From Kiritimatiella glycovorans (GTDB lineage Bacteria; Verrucomicrobiota; Kiritimatiellia; Kiritimatiellales; Kiritimatiellaceae), in assembly GCF_001017655.1 (NCBI RefSeq), contig NZ_CP010904.1, positions 1,950,001 to 1,982,000 on the forward strand: 32,000 bases of DNA, written 5' to 3'. The notes below the pieces were generated by a model. It ran no database searches. It was not told where the DNA came from and saw only the letters and a list, made by a program, of their open reading frames with translations. The translations under genes were made by a program, and so were the position numbers. Of this stretch, positions 22,312 to 30,860 are shown in pieces (the stretch's first letter is position 1; each line of letters opens with the position of its first letter).

Positions 22312-23382
22312 TCAGGCAGGAAGGTCCGACCTGTATGCGGCGATCCACCCGCCGCCGAGGACGCGGTCGCCGTCGTAGAAGACGGCGGCCTGGCCGGGGG
22401 TGAGGGCGAACTGCGGTTCGTCGAAGCGGACCTCGGCTTCCCCGCCTGCGTACTTCACCTGCGCGAACCCGCCGCGGTGGCGGTAGCGCGGCTGAACGCG
22501 GCATCGCAACGTTCCCTCCGCGGGCGGATCGACCAGCCAGTTGAGCGCGCGAACCGTGCACGAGGAATGGAGGAGGTGTGACCGGGGCGCGAGTGTGATC
22601 TCGTTTTTCGCGGGGTCGATATGCGCCACATGGCGGCGTTCACCGGTGGCGACCCCGATGCCGGTGCGCTGACCGAGGGTGTAGAGGTGATATCCACCGT
22701 GTTTTCCGATCACCGCCCCGGTCTCATCGCGGACGAGGCCCTCCCCAGTAAGATCGGGGTGCAGCGAAGCGACCAGCGCGCCCCGCGATACGTGATCGGT
22801 GAAACAGAGGTCCTGGCTCTCGCGGCTGGGCCGGACGGGCAGGCGGCGCCGTCTCGCTTCGGCCTTCACGTCCTCCTTATGCCACGCGCCCAGCGGGAAG
22901 CGGATCTTCGGAAGGCGGGGGCGGTCGATCCGGTGCAGGAAATACGACTGATCCTTGTGCGAATCCGCGCCGCGGAGCAGCCGGACCTCCCCTTTCCGAT
23001 CCTCGAGGCGGGCGTAATGACCCGTGGCCAGCAGCCCGCAGCCGTGTTCCGCGGCGGCGTCCATCAGGAACCCGAACTTCATGGTCTCATTGCAGACGAT
23101 GCAGGGGGAAGGCGTGCGGCCCGAGGCGTACTCGCGGGCGAACGGAAGAATCACGCTCGTGCGGAACCTCTCGCGCGCATCGACCGTGACGTGCCTGATG
23201 CCGAGGTGTTCACAGATCTCCTCCGCCCGGCGGGCGTCGTCCCCGCCCCCGCCGGGCGGATCGACAAACCGCGCCGTCAGGCCCAGTACCTCCCGGCCCT
23301 CGTCGAGCAGCAATGCGGCGGCCACAGCGCTGTCCGTCCCGCCGCTGAGTCCGATCGCGATGGTATGTCGGGGGTTGGACAA
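22312..23382 (-). CDS. mnmA: tRNA 2-thiouridine(34) synthase MnmA
   Basis: 356 aa. It has the PP-loop IAIGLSGGTDSAVAA, then ..TPSPCIVCNETMKFG.. and ..LLATGHYAR.., the canonical MnmA motifs. The start codon is TTG at 23382. Confidence 0.9.
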   Translation of the reverse strand: MSNPRHTIAIGLSGGTDSAVAAALLLDEGREVLGLTARFVDPPGGGGDDARRAEEICEHLGIRHVTVDARERFRTSVILPFAREYASGRTPSPCIVCNETMKFGFLMDAAAEHGCGLLATGHYARLEDRKGEVRLLRGADSHKDQSYFLHRIDRPRLPKIRFPLGAWHKEDVKAEARRRRLPVRPSRESQDLCFTDHVSRGALVASLHPDLTGEGLVRDETGAVIGKHGGYHLYTLGQRTGIGVATGERRHVAHIDPAKNEITLAPRSHLLHSSCTVRALNWLVDPPAEGTLRCRVQPRYRHRGGFAQVKYAGGEAEVRFDEPQFALTPGQAAVFYDGDRVLGGGWIAAYRSDLPA

Positions 23383-23411
23383 TGGGTTCAGGGGTTGGGG
23401 ATGGGTTTTCG

Positions 23412-23501
23412 GGTTGCCGGGTTGTCAGGTTGTCGAGTTGCCGGATCCCGTCGGCGGCCGCCTTCTCTTATTCCGGCTGACTCAGGTCTCAGGCCTCAGG
23501 T
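23412..23501. repeat. Short tandem repeats in the pilB-mnmA spacer: octamer x4 and heptamer x3
   Basis: ggttgccg ggttgtca ggttgtcg agttgccg (23412-23443) and ctcaggt ctcaggc ctcaggt (23481-23501). On the coding (minus) strand this gives a C/A-rich mnmA leader. Confidence 0.6.
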
Positions 23502-23519
23502 TTCAAACTCTCCCGAGGA

Positions 23520-25241
23520 TCAATATCCCTTCTTATGCAGGGGTTTGGTAACGCGCAGCATTTCATCCAGCGAGGTCTCGCCGCGGCGGACGAGTTCCCA
23601 GGCGCTGTTCCAGAGGGTGATCATACCCTGTTCGATCGCGCGCTCCATGATCTCGCCGCTCGAGAGGCGGCGGGAGATCAGCGAGCGCAGATCGTCGGTG
23701 AGCACCATAATCTCGAAGACCGCGCGACGGCCGCGGTAGCCGGTGAAGCGGCAGTACGGGCAGCCGGGTGCCTGACGGCAGTTCGCGTCGTCGATCCCCT
23801 CCAGACCGGATTCCCTCAGATCCTGTTTGACGCCCGCGGGCAGCTCGCACTCCACGGCGCAGCGCGGGCACAGGCTGCGCACGAGGCGCTGGGCGATGAC
23901 CCCCTGCAGTCCTGAAGCCACGAGATAGGGTTCGATACCCATCTCGATCATCCGCGTCACCGCCCCGCCGGTATCGTTGGTGTGCAGGGTACTGAACACG
24001 AGGTGTCCGGTCAGGGCCGCACTGACGGCGATCTCCGCAGTCTCGGTGTCGCGGATTTCGCCGATGAGAACCACATCCGGATCATGGCGGAGGATGGATC
24101 GCAATCCGCTGGCGAAGGTAAATCCTATGCCGCCGTTGACCTGGAGCTGGGAGATCCCCGGGATCCGGTATTCCACGGGGTCCTCGAGCGTGATGATTTT
24201 GCGTTCGTTATTATTGAGATGGTCGAGTGCCGCGTAGAGGCTGGTGGTCTTCCCGCTTCCCGTGGGGCCGGTGAACAGGATCACGCCGTGCGGCTGGGCG
24301 AGCATATCGTCGACCCAGCTCCGCTGTCGTTCCGAAAGCCCCAGTTCGTCCAGGTTGATAAACCGGGACTGGCGGTTGAGGATGCGCAGGTTGACCGTCT
24401 CCCCTTCGGTGGCGGGCAGCACCGAGACGCGGACGTCGATATTCTGATCGTCGAGATCGAAGCTGAACCGTCCGTCCTGGGGCAATCTTTTTTCGGCGAT
24501 ATTGAGCTGCGCCATGACCTTGACGCTGGACATCAGCGCACGGGCGTGTTTGTTCAGCCCCCGCGGCGTGGGCACCGTATAGAGCACGCCGTCGATCCGG
24601 TACCGCAGGCGGAACCCGTCCTCCTCGGGCTCGAGGTGCAGGTCCGTCGCACCGCAGCGGATCGCGTCGTGCAGGATTTCACGCACGAGGGCGGGCATGT
24701 CTCCTTCCGCGTCGCTCCGAGACCTGCGTCCGGATCCTCCCTCCATCCGCAGGTAGGTGGCGATTCCGACCCCGTAGTAGTGCTTGATAAACTCCGAGAG
24801 TTCCTCCGACGTGCAGAAGACCCAGCGCAGCGAGTAGCCGAGCAGCACGCGGAGGTGTTCCTCCTCCGCCGCCGAGCGGACGCGGTCGGTCGCCAGCACC
24901 AGGACGCCGCGTTCCAGCGATACGGGCATGACGCGAAAATTGACGACGGCCTTAGGCGGAACCTGATCGACGATTTCCGGCGGGATCTCGTGGTCCGCGG
25001 ACGCCAGCACCGGGATGCCGGTCAATTCCGAGAGGATCTCGAGCAGTTCGCTCTCGGCGAGGACCCCGTCTCTCAGGATCTGCCGGTCCAGCGGCTGTTT
25101 AAGCCACGCCGCGCGGTCGCGGTATTCCTTAAGGCGCGCCTCACTGATTGTGCCGCGGCGGACGAGCGCTTCCCCCAGCCGCTCCTGGAGGTCGGAGCGG
25201 GCGGAAGGGCCGGCGGATGAGGATGTCGACCGCTTGCTCAT
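23520..25241 (-). CDS. Type IV pilus / type II secretion assembly ATPase (GspE/PilB family)
   Basis: 573 aa. It has an N-terminal T2SSE_N-like domain, Walker A FTGPTGSGKTT, Asp/His boxes (..ITLEDPVEY.., ..ILRHDPDVVLIGEIRD.., ..TGHLVFSTLHTND..) and the tetracysteine motif CPRC...CPYC. Confidence 0.9.
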   Translation of the reverse strand: MSKRSTSSSAGPSARSDLQERLGEALVRRGTISEARLKEYRDRAAWLKQPLDRQILRDGVLAESELLEILSELTGIPVLASADHEIPPEIVDQVPPKAVVNFRVMPVSLERGVLVLATDRVRSAAEEEHLRVLLGYSLRWVFCTSEELSEFIKHYYGVGIATYLRMEGGSGRRSRSDAEGDMPALVREILHDAIRCGATDLHLEPEEDGFRLRYRIDGVLYTVPTPRGLNKHARALMSSVKVMAQLNIAEKRLPQDGRFSFDLDDQNIDVRVSVLPATEGETVNLRILNRQSRFINLDELGLSERQRSWVDDMLAQPHGVILFTGPTGSGKTTSLYAALDHLNNNERKIITLEDPVEYRIPGISQLQVNGGIGFTFASGLRSILRHDPDVVLIGEIRDTETAEIAVSAALTGHLVFSTLHTNDTGGAVTRMIEMGIEPYLVASGLQGVIAQRLVRSLCPRCAVECELPAGVKQDLRESGLEGIDDANCRQAPGCPYCRFTGYRGRRAVFEIMVLTDDLRSLISRRLSSGEIMERAIEQGMITLWNSAWELVRRGETSLDEMLRVTKPLHKKGY

Positions 25242-25246
25242 GACCG

Positions 25247-25882
25247 TCAGGGCTCCGTGAATTTCACGGGATGATCGCGCTGGAGTGTCTTTTTGTGGTC
25301 GCCGGAGACGACCACCAGGCCCGACTTCATAATGTCGCGGACCTCCACCCAGTCAATTTTGGCCCCCTCGCCGTAGAACGCGCTGCCGGAGCCCTGTTTC
25401 TCGATGAGCGCCCGTTCGACGCCGTCGGTACGCTGCAGGTATCCCCGGTAGATCAGGGTCATCGTCTTCTTCGGCGGAGGTGGCGGGGGCTCCTTCTTTT
25501 CCTGTTTCTCTTCCTGTTTCTTTTCCTGCTGCGCCTTTTTGCGTGCTTCGGCGGCTTCGCGCGCCTTGCGTTCCGCCTCGCGCTTTTTACGCAGCGCCTC
25601 CATCCACTGATTGATCTTCTCCGTCAGGTACGCGGACCGGAAGGGGTTTTGCGCCGGGTCGACCTCGATCCGCGCATAGGCGCGCCCTGCCCCGGCGAAA
25701 TCATCCGACGGCCTTTCCGCTTCGGCCTGCAGGTCCGGCCCGGAGACCTCTCCCGCCCGTTCGTAGGCCCTCGATTCGCGCTGTCCCCACCAGATCAGCA
25801 CCGCGCAGAACATGGCGGCGGCGGCGGCGGCGACCCAGCGCACGTCGAGTTTCTGAAGGCGCTGCCAGAAAGCGGCCATCAT
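25247..25882 (-). CDS. PilP/GspC-like pilus alignment protein (TM anchor, K/E-rich coiled linker with a poly-Pro run, C-terminal beta domain)
   Basis: 211 aa. It has an N-terminal TM (WVAAAAAAMFCAVLIWW), a low-complexity linker RKKREAERKAREAAEARKKAQQEKKQEEKQEKKEPPPPPPKK and a C-terminal TLIYRGYLQRTDGVERALIE...GAKIDWVEVRDI...VVV, like the PilP beta domain. The assignment rests on position and pattern. Confidence 0.5.
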   Translation of the reverse strand: MMAAFWQRLQKLDVRWVAAAAAAMFCAVLIWWGQRESRAYERAGEVSGPDLQAEAERPSDDFAGAGRAYARIEVDPAQNPFRSAYLTEKINQWMEALRKKREAERKAREAAEARKKAQQEKKQEEKQEKKEPPPPPPKKTMTLIYRGYLQRTDGVERALIEKQGSGSAFYGEGAKIDWVEVRDIMKSGLVVVSGDHKKTLQRDHPVKFTEP

Positions 25883-26808
25883 TCCGCCTCCTCCGCGGGT
25901 TCGGGCGCTTCGGGTTCCGGCTCCGGTTCGGGCCGGCGGGCACCGACCGCTTCGTTCTTTTCAGGCTCCGTCTCCTCTTCCGGTGTATCGAGTTCCTCCT
26001 CCAGTTCCTCTTCCGTGCGGGTACTCTTGAACCGTTCGGCGCCGCATATCATGCGGAGCTTGAGCACGGGCCCGTTGGTGGTCCCCTGCCGTTCGGCCCA
26101 GAAGCGGCGCAGCGCAAAAAAGTTATTAGTCGAGGAGAGGTCTTCGAGAAGTTTCAGCGTGCCCGGATAGTCGGCCACCGCCTCCACGGAAACGGGGTAC
26201 TCCACGAGGGCCTGTTGGTTGGTATGGCCGATCACGAATTGTCGCGGCTGATCCTGTTCGAGGGCAGTCACCTCCGGAATGGTCGTTTCGAGAAAACGGT
26301 CCATGAGCACGGTGGTGGACGCCAGCTGCCACAGGCGTGTCTCGGTGCTCTCTTCGGCGCCGATATTTTCGCTCATCCCCAGATCGGCCGGAACCGCAAC
26401 CTTCTTTTCAGCGGCACGGGCCGCGATCCGTTCGCGGGCGGCGTACAGCGCCACCTTGTAATCGATCAGTCCCTCTTCGGTCGTCGAGAGAATATCGGCG
26501 AGCGTCACCCCTTTGCCGAAGGTCCGGACGTGGGCCTGAAGCCTCTCCCAGCGCTTCCGCAGGCGCTGGTAGCGGTTGCGTTCCCACGACACGAGGTAGC
26601 GCAGGCTCTCTTCTTCCGGCACCTCGGTATAGGGACTGAGCCTTGATTCCAGTTCCACGATCTGTTCGAGGTGCTGGAGCTTGCGGCTGCGCATGGGCCG
26701 CCAGACCGCCAGCAGCAGGACGGCGATCACGACGAGCGTGACGAGCACGATGGCTACGATCCCGCGTCGTTCCCACACACTTGCGCTGAATGGTCTCCGG
26801 TCCGTCAC
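25879..26808 (-). CDS. PilO/GspM-like pilus alignment protein with an acidic C-terminal tail
   Basis: 309 aa. It has a single N-terminal TM (IVAIVLVTLVVIAVLLLAVW), a coiled-coil region, a globular C-terminal region and an E/P-rich tail. It overlaps both neighbouring genes by 4 nt. Confidence 0.5.
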   Translation of the reverse strand: MTDRRPFSASVWERRGIVAIVLVTLVVIAVLLLAVWRPMRSRKLQHLEQIVELESRLSPYTEVPEEESLRYLVSWERNRYQRLRKRWERLQAHVRTFGKGVTLADILSTTEEGLIDYKVALYAARERIAARAAEKKVAVPADLGMSENIGAEESTETRLWQLASTTVLMDRFLETTIPEVTALEQDQPRQFVIGHTNQQALVEYPVSVEAVADYPGTLKLLEDLSSTNNFFALRRFWAERQGTTNGPVLKLRMICGAERFKSTRTEEELEEELDTPEEETEPEKNEAVGARRPEPEPEPEAPEPAEEAE

Positions 26809-28373
26809 GGCTGCATCATCTCGATTTCAAGGGCGAACAGCGTGGCCTCGGCAAACGACCAGCGCTCTTCGCGTGTTTCGCTCTCTCTGACCTGGTCGTC
26901 GGGGAGCAGGTCCACGTCGGCCACCAGCGGATGACTGCGCAATTTCTCGATCATGCCTCTCACCGTAGAGAGATCGGCCACGGGGGTATAGCCTTCGACC
27001 ACCAGATGGCGGATGCGCGGTCCCATTTCCGTGTTTTCCTGCAGCTCCGCGTCCTGATCCTGCGCCTCGTCATCCTCGTCGACCCCGCGCGCTTTCCGGT
27101 AGGAGCCGAGGTCGGAGACCAGCGTAATCCAGTCGTTCTCGTGCTTGGATCCCGACACGGCCGCCAGCGCGGCCTGCAGTACGCGCCCGTTACGCACTGC
27201 AATTTCGAGCGGTTTCACCCGTCGCTGGAGCCGGCTGTTGAGCTGGCGGTAACGTTTGATTTCCTGTTCGAGCTGGCTGAACTGTTCGAGGCGTTTCTGT
27301 TTGCGGTGCAGGGAGGACTGCAGGCGTTCAACCGTGTTGCCCTCGGAGGTGATCACAATCATGGCGGCGAGTACGGCCAGGAGCCCGGAGAGGATCCAGT
27401 ATTTCATCTGCCACTGGAGATTGATCTTTTCCCTCAGCGGTTCGGGAAGGAAATCCAGATCCAGGGGGGCCTTGCCGATACCCCGCAGGGCCAGGCCCGC
27501 CGCGGCGGCATACCGGGTCGGCTCCTTGAGCCCCGGCGCGCGCCAGGACTTGGGGAACAGCGTGCATTCCAGTTCCGCGCCGTCGGAGATCCGCTGCTGC
27601 CAACGCCGCGGAAATTCGCTCATGCCGCTGATGACAAGGCGGCCGGGATAGAATTTACGGGCCGGGTAGCGGGTGCGGAACGACGTCAGGCAGGCGTGGA
27701 GTTCCGAGTACCATTCCTCGAAAGCCGTCTCGGGCGAACCGTCCTCGCCTCCCTGTTCCAGTTCGGCGTGACCGACCAGGAATCGCCGGCTGAACAGCGG
27801 TTCCCGGCCGTGTCCGAAGATGACCTCCGTATACTGCTCCGAAATCCATGCCGTGGCGAAGGCCTCGTCCCGTCCGGCCAGCAGGAGAGCTGCCGCGTTG
27901 AACGCCGCCGCGGGGCGCGGGGCGAGGCCGACGATCTTCAGGCGCGAGTTGCGCGGCAGTTCCAGCGCGCGGCGGACCGATTCCTCTCTCGTCATTGAGA
28001 ACAGGAGCCGACGTCGGCGGCCGAGTTTTTTGAGCGTCCGGCTGGTGCTCACCGTCCCCTCGCCGCCGACCCCTTCGAAGTGTTCCTCCTGCTCCTCGAC
28101 GATTTCCCGCGTTCCGCGGGGATCATCGGGTTCGACCTGGATCAGGCGGAGCAGAAGCGCGTCGCCGCTCAAGCCCGCCACGCAGGGACGACCGGCCACG
28201 CCTTTGCTCTCGAGGAAGCGGCGCAATACATCGCCTTCCGCCTCTTCGTCCCCGGCGAGACGGAGAAACCCCACCGTCTGCAGCTTAAGAAACGGGCCGC
28301 GGCGCTGGGCGCGCACCACCGCCACCCCCTGCGAGGTGATATCAAGTCCAAGAGCTTCGGTGTACGCGGGCAT
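26805..28373 (-). CDS. PilM-PilN fusion protein (actin-like ATPase fold, then TM and coiled-coil PilN-like region)
   Basis: 522 aa. The N-terminus LGLDITSQGVAVVRAQ resembles PilM GLDIGSxxIK. An internal TM YWILSGLLAVLAAMIVITS is followed by the coiled coil ERLQSSLHRKQKRLEQFSQLEQEIKRYRQLNSRLQ, typical of PilN. Confidence 0.7.
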   Translation of the reverse strand: MPAYTEALGLDITSQGVAVVRAQRRGPFLKLQTVGFLRLAGDEEAEGDVLRRFLESKGVAGRPCVAGLSGDALLLRLIQVEPDDPRGTREIVEEQEEHFEGVGGEGTVSTSRTLKKLGRRRRLLFSMTREESVRRALELPRNSRLKIVGLAPRPAAAFNAAALLLAGRDEAFATAWISEQYTEVIFGHGREPLFSRRFLVGHAELEQGGEDGSPETAFEEWYSELHACLTSFRTRYPARKFYPGRLVISGMSEFPRRWQQRISDGAELECTLFPKSWRAPGLKEPTRYAAAAGLALRGIGKAPLDLDFLPEPLREKINLQWQMKYWILSGLLAVLAAMIVITSEGNTVERLQSSLHRKQKRLEQFSQLEQEIKRYRQLNSRLQRRVKPLEIAVRNGRVLQAALAAVSGSKHENDWITLVSDLGSYRKARGVDEDDEAQDQDAELQENTEMGPRIRHLVVEGYTPVADLSTVRGMIEKLRSHPLVADVDLLPDDQVRESETREERWSFAEATLFALEIEMMQP

Positions 28374-28384
28374 ACTGGACCGGG

Positions 28385-30538
28385 CTAGCCGGATTTCCCT
28401 TCGGCTTTCGGCGCTGGCTTTTTCTCGTCGGCCTTGTCCTTCTCCGGGGCCGACTTTTCGTCGGGCTTCTTCGCGGGAGCGGATTCTTCAGCCGGCGTTT
28501 CCTTCACGACGGCCTGATCTTCCGTCACCGGAGCGGCGGCGGCCCGTGGCTCACGGGGGGCGGCCTGCTCCCCGGCGGCGGGGCGGTTAATCGACGAACG
28601 GCTCAACCGGTTGGCGGGCAGCAATGATTCGCCGCGCTCGGACAGGACGGTCGCCGTAACGAAAATGAGCAGGTTGCGCGTCTGCTCCGAGGTGTGCTCC
28701 TGGCGGAAGGCCTTGCCGATATACGGCAGATCCCCGAGCAGGGGCACCTTGTTTTCGGTGTCTTTTTCGACCACGTCGATGAGACCGCCCATGACGACGG
28801 TCTCTCCGCTTTCGACCACCACGCGGGTCTGGACCTCTTTGCGGGAAAACTTGGGCAGCTTGACCTCGATCTGCTGGACCTGCTGCGCACCGGCGACAAC
28901 GTTCGTGGACTGGTAGCTCTCAAAGCCTTCAAACTGTGCGATCGTGGGCTGGAGCAGCAGATTGATGGTACGGAGGTCGGCGCCGACGCTGGGGACCGCG
29001 ACGAGGGTGATGCCCAGTTCCTCCATCTTCGGCGCGCCCGAGGGCATCAGGGCGGTCACCGTATACTTCCGGTTGTTCGCGTCGACCAGCGCGAATGCCT
29101 GGGCCTTGAATTCATCATAGAACCGGAAGTCCTGGCCATTGCGCAGTTTCGCCGGGGTGTTGTTCAGGGTCGTCACGCGGGGGACCGAGAGCGTGCGGCC
29201 CTTCCCCGAGATGTCGAGGGCATGAAGCACGGCCTGGAACTGGGCGTTGTTCAGAATGCCCTGGTACGTCATATTCAGACCCTGGTCGGCGAGGCTGAAG
29301 CTCTGGTCGGAATCGTTGAACACATCGACCGGCGAGAGTTCGTCCTGTCCCGTGAAGCGGTCAAAGGACACGAGCGGATCGTTCGGCCCGCCCCCCACGA
29401 TGACCTGGTCGGAGTGAAACGTGCTGAAGTCATCGTTCAGAATCCATTCGACGCCCAGCTCGCTCAGGTCCGAGAGCGTGGTCTCGATAAAGCGGGCCTC
29501 GATGAGAATCTGCGGCGGATAGGTATCGAGCGTGCGGATAATCTCTTCGGTTTTTTTCAGGTTGACGGGCGTGTTCTTCACGACCAGCGAATGGGCGTCG
29601 CGGTCCAGCAGCAGCGCGGCTCCCTTGGGCTGCGGTACGAACTGCTTGATTACCTTTTCAACGGAGGTTTCGCCGTCGGGGAGTACGGTGGAGAGCGAGG
29701 AGAGCCCGGCGATTTGATCCTCCTTGCCCTTCTCCGTCCCTTTCCAGTCCGAAGCGTGGAGCAGCAGTCCGCGCTGCAGTTTAAAGATGCGGGTCTGGAA
29801 CATCGGCCCGTCTTTCGGGTTCGGCTTGGTAATCCAGAGAATATTTTTTCCGAAGTAGAACTCCACGCCGAAATTGCGGGCGATATAGTCGAGCACCTCG
29901 GAGAGCGGAGTGTTGCTGACTTCGACGTCCAGTCCTCCCTTCACGGACAGGTTCTGGTCGGCGATGACGTTGAGGTTGCGGTCTTCGGATATCACCCGCA
30001 TGAACTGGTTGAGCGAGGCGTTCTTGAGGTGGATGGTAACCGGCTTGTTCAGCTGTTTCAGGAGGGGATAGTCCTCTTCGAGGTTTTCGACCTCGTCGCG
30101 GTCGACGAAACGACGCATTCCGTAGGTGCCGGGTAGATCCCATCGCTCCCGCGCGTCCTGTGCCAGCGCGCGGGTGGTGGCTTCCTGCTGGGCGTCCAGT
30201 TCCTTTTCGCGCTGCGCCTGCAGGGCCTCGAGCACCTCCGCGCGCAGGGTGCGGAGGCCGGGGGTCTCCGGAGCGGTGTAAGATATATCGACGCACCGCA
30301 TCAGGGCGCGTCGGTAGCGGCCCTGTTCATAGAGCGCTCTGGCCTGCTCCATCATACCCGCCGCTTCCTCGTGGGTGATCTCGGGACGCGATTCGGCCGC
30401 CGAAGCCTCCCGGGAAGCGGAGCCGCCGCCCGTGTGCATACAGCCGGCGGAGAGCGCGGCGGCGAGAACGAGCGTCCATGCGGAAGTGAATATTACAGCC
30501 CTGTGTGTGGATTCAGCCCTTTCGTGAAAGGTGCGCAT
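28385..30538 (-). CDS. Secretin (PilQ/GspD family) outer-membrane channel, probable lipoprotein, TPR-like N-terminal segment, K/P/E/A-rich C-terminal tail
   Basis: ORF 28385..30616. ATG at 30538 is preferred (MRTFHERAESTHRAVIFTSAWTLVLAAALSAGC, with SD aagggaggat 6-8 nt upstream). The secretin core is ...LNNTPAKL...VVVESGETVVMGGLI...KVPLLGDLPYIGKAFR....NLLIFVTATVL. Confidence 0.9.
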   Translation of the reverse strand: MRTFHERAESTHRAVIFTSAWTLVLAAALSAGCMHTGGGSASREASAAESRPEITHEEAAGMMEQARALYEQGRYRRALMRCVDISYTAPETPGLRTLRAEVLEALQAQREKELDAQQEATTRALAQDARERWDLPGTYGMRRFVDRDEVENLEEDYPLLKQLNKPVTIHLKNASLNQFMRVISEDRNLNVIADQNLSVKGGLDVEVSNTPLSEVLDYIARNFGVEFYFGKNILWITKPNPKDGPMFQTRIFKLQRGLLLHASDWKGTEKGKEDQIAGLSSLSTVLPDGETSVEKVIKQFVPQPKGAALLLDRDAHSLVVKNTPVNLKKTEEIIRTLDTYPPQILIEARFIETTLSDLSELGVEWILNDDFSTFHSDQVIVGGGPNDPLVSFDRFTGQDELSPVDVFNDSDQSFSLADQGLNMTYQGILNNAQFQAVLHALDISGKGRTLSVPRVTTLNNTPAKLRNGQDFRFYDEFKAQAFALVDANNRKYTVTALMPSGAPKMEELGITLVAVPSVGADLRTINLLLQPTIAQFEGFESYQSTNVVAGAQQVQQIEVKLPKFSRKEVQTRVVVESGETVVMGGLIDVVEKDTENKVPLLGDLPYIGKAFRQEHTSEQTRNLLIFVTATVLSERGESLLPANRLSRSSINRPAAGEQAAPREPRAAAAPVTEDQAVVKETPAEESAPAKKPDEKSAPEKDKADEKKPAPKAEGKSG

Positions 30539-30625
30539 CAAGGAATCCTCCCTTTTGGATCTGCGGCCCGAGGTGCATATGGGAGACACCATCGCCGATT
30601 TCAGCGATTTTTTCAATACCGGGGT

Positions 30626-30779
30626 CAGCAGTTCTCATTATGGCCGCATTCCGACCGCGGACGGCGTGGCAGCCGTCCCTCCCGAGTCGATATCCGACGC
30701 CTTTTCGGGCATTGGGAGGGTCGGGTTCCACCCCGACCGAACCCGACCGAAAAGGGTGAAGCCATAATGAGAATCGCTG
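30626..30779. mobile_element. 154-bp MITE-like element with 19-bp terminal inverted repeats and a 9-bp target-site duplication
   Basis: Left TIR cagcagttctcattatggc (30626-30644); the right TIR reverse complement is cagcgattctcattatggc (30761-30779), matching 17/19. The direct repeat taccggggt abuts both ends (30617-30625 and 30780-30788). The interior is a set of GC-rich hairpins with no ORF. Confidence 0.65.
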
Positions 30780-30806
30780 TACCGGGGTCGCGATGAACGG
30801 GTGGAC

Positions 30807-30838
30807 GAAAAAAGCCCGGGGCTCACGCACCGGGCTTA
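30807..30838 (-). terminator. Rho-independent terminator after rplQ
   Basis: The minus strand reads AGCCCGG-tgcgtgagcc-CCGGGCT followed by TTTTTT, about 25 nt after the rplQ stop. Confidence 0.7.
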
Positions 30839-30860
30839 AGGGGAGGACGTGAACCGGACT

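Noticed and set aside
25480-25570. Pyrimidine-rich short tandem repeats (ttcctgtttct-like) noticed on the + strand
   Set aside because: They are the antisense of the K/E/Q-rich coiled linker of the PilP-like protein. This is coding low complexity, not an independent DNA element.
30539-30616. Longer secretin ORF starting at TTG 30616
   Set aside because: The ATG at 30538 is preceded by a near-perfect SD (aagggaggat) and yields a standard lipoprotein signal peptide. The 26 upstream codons have no signal-like character.
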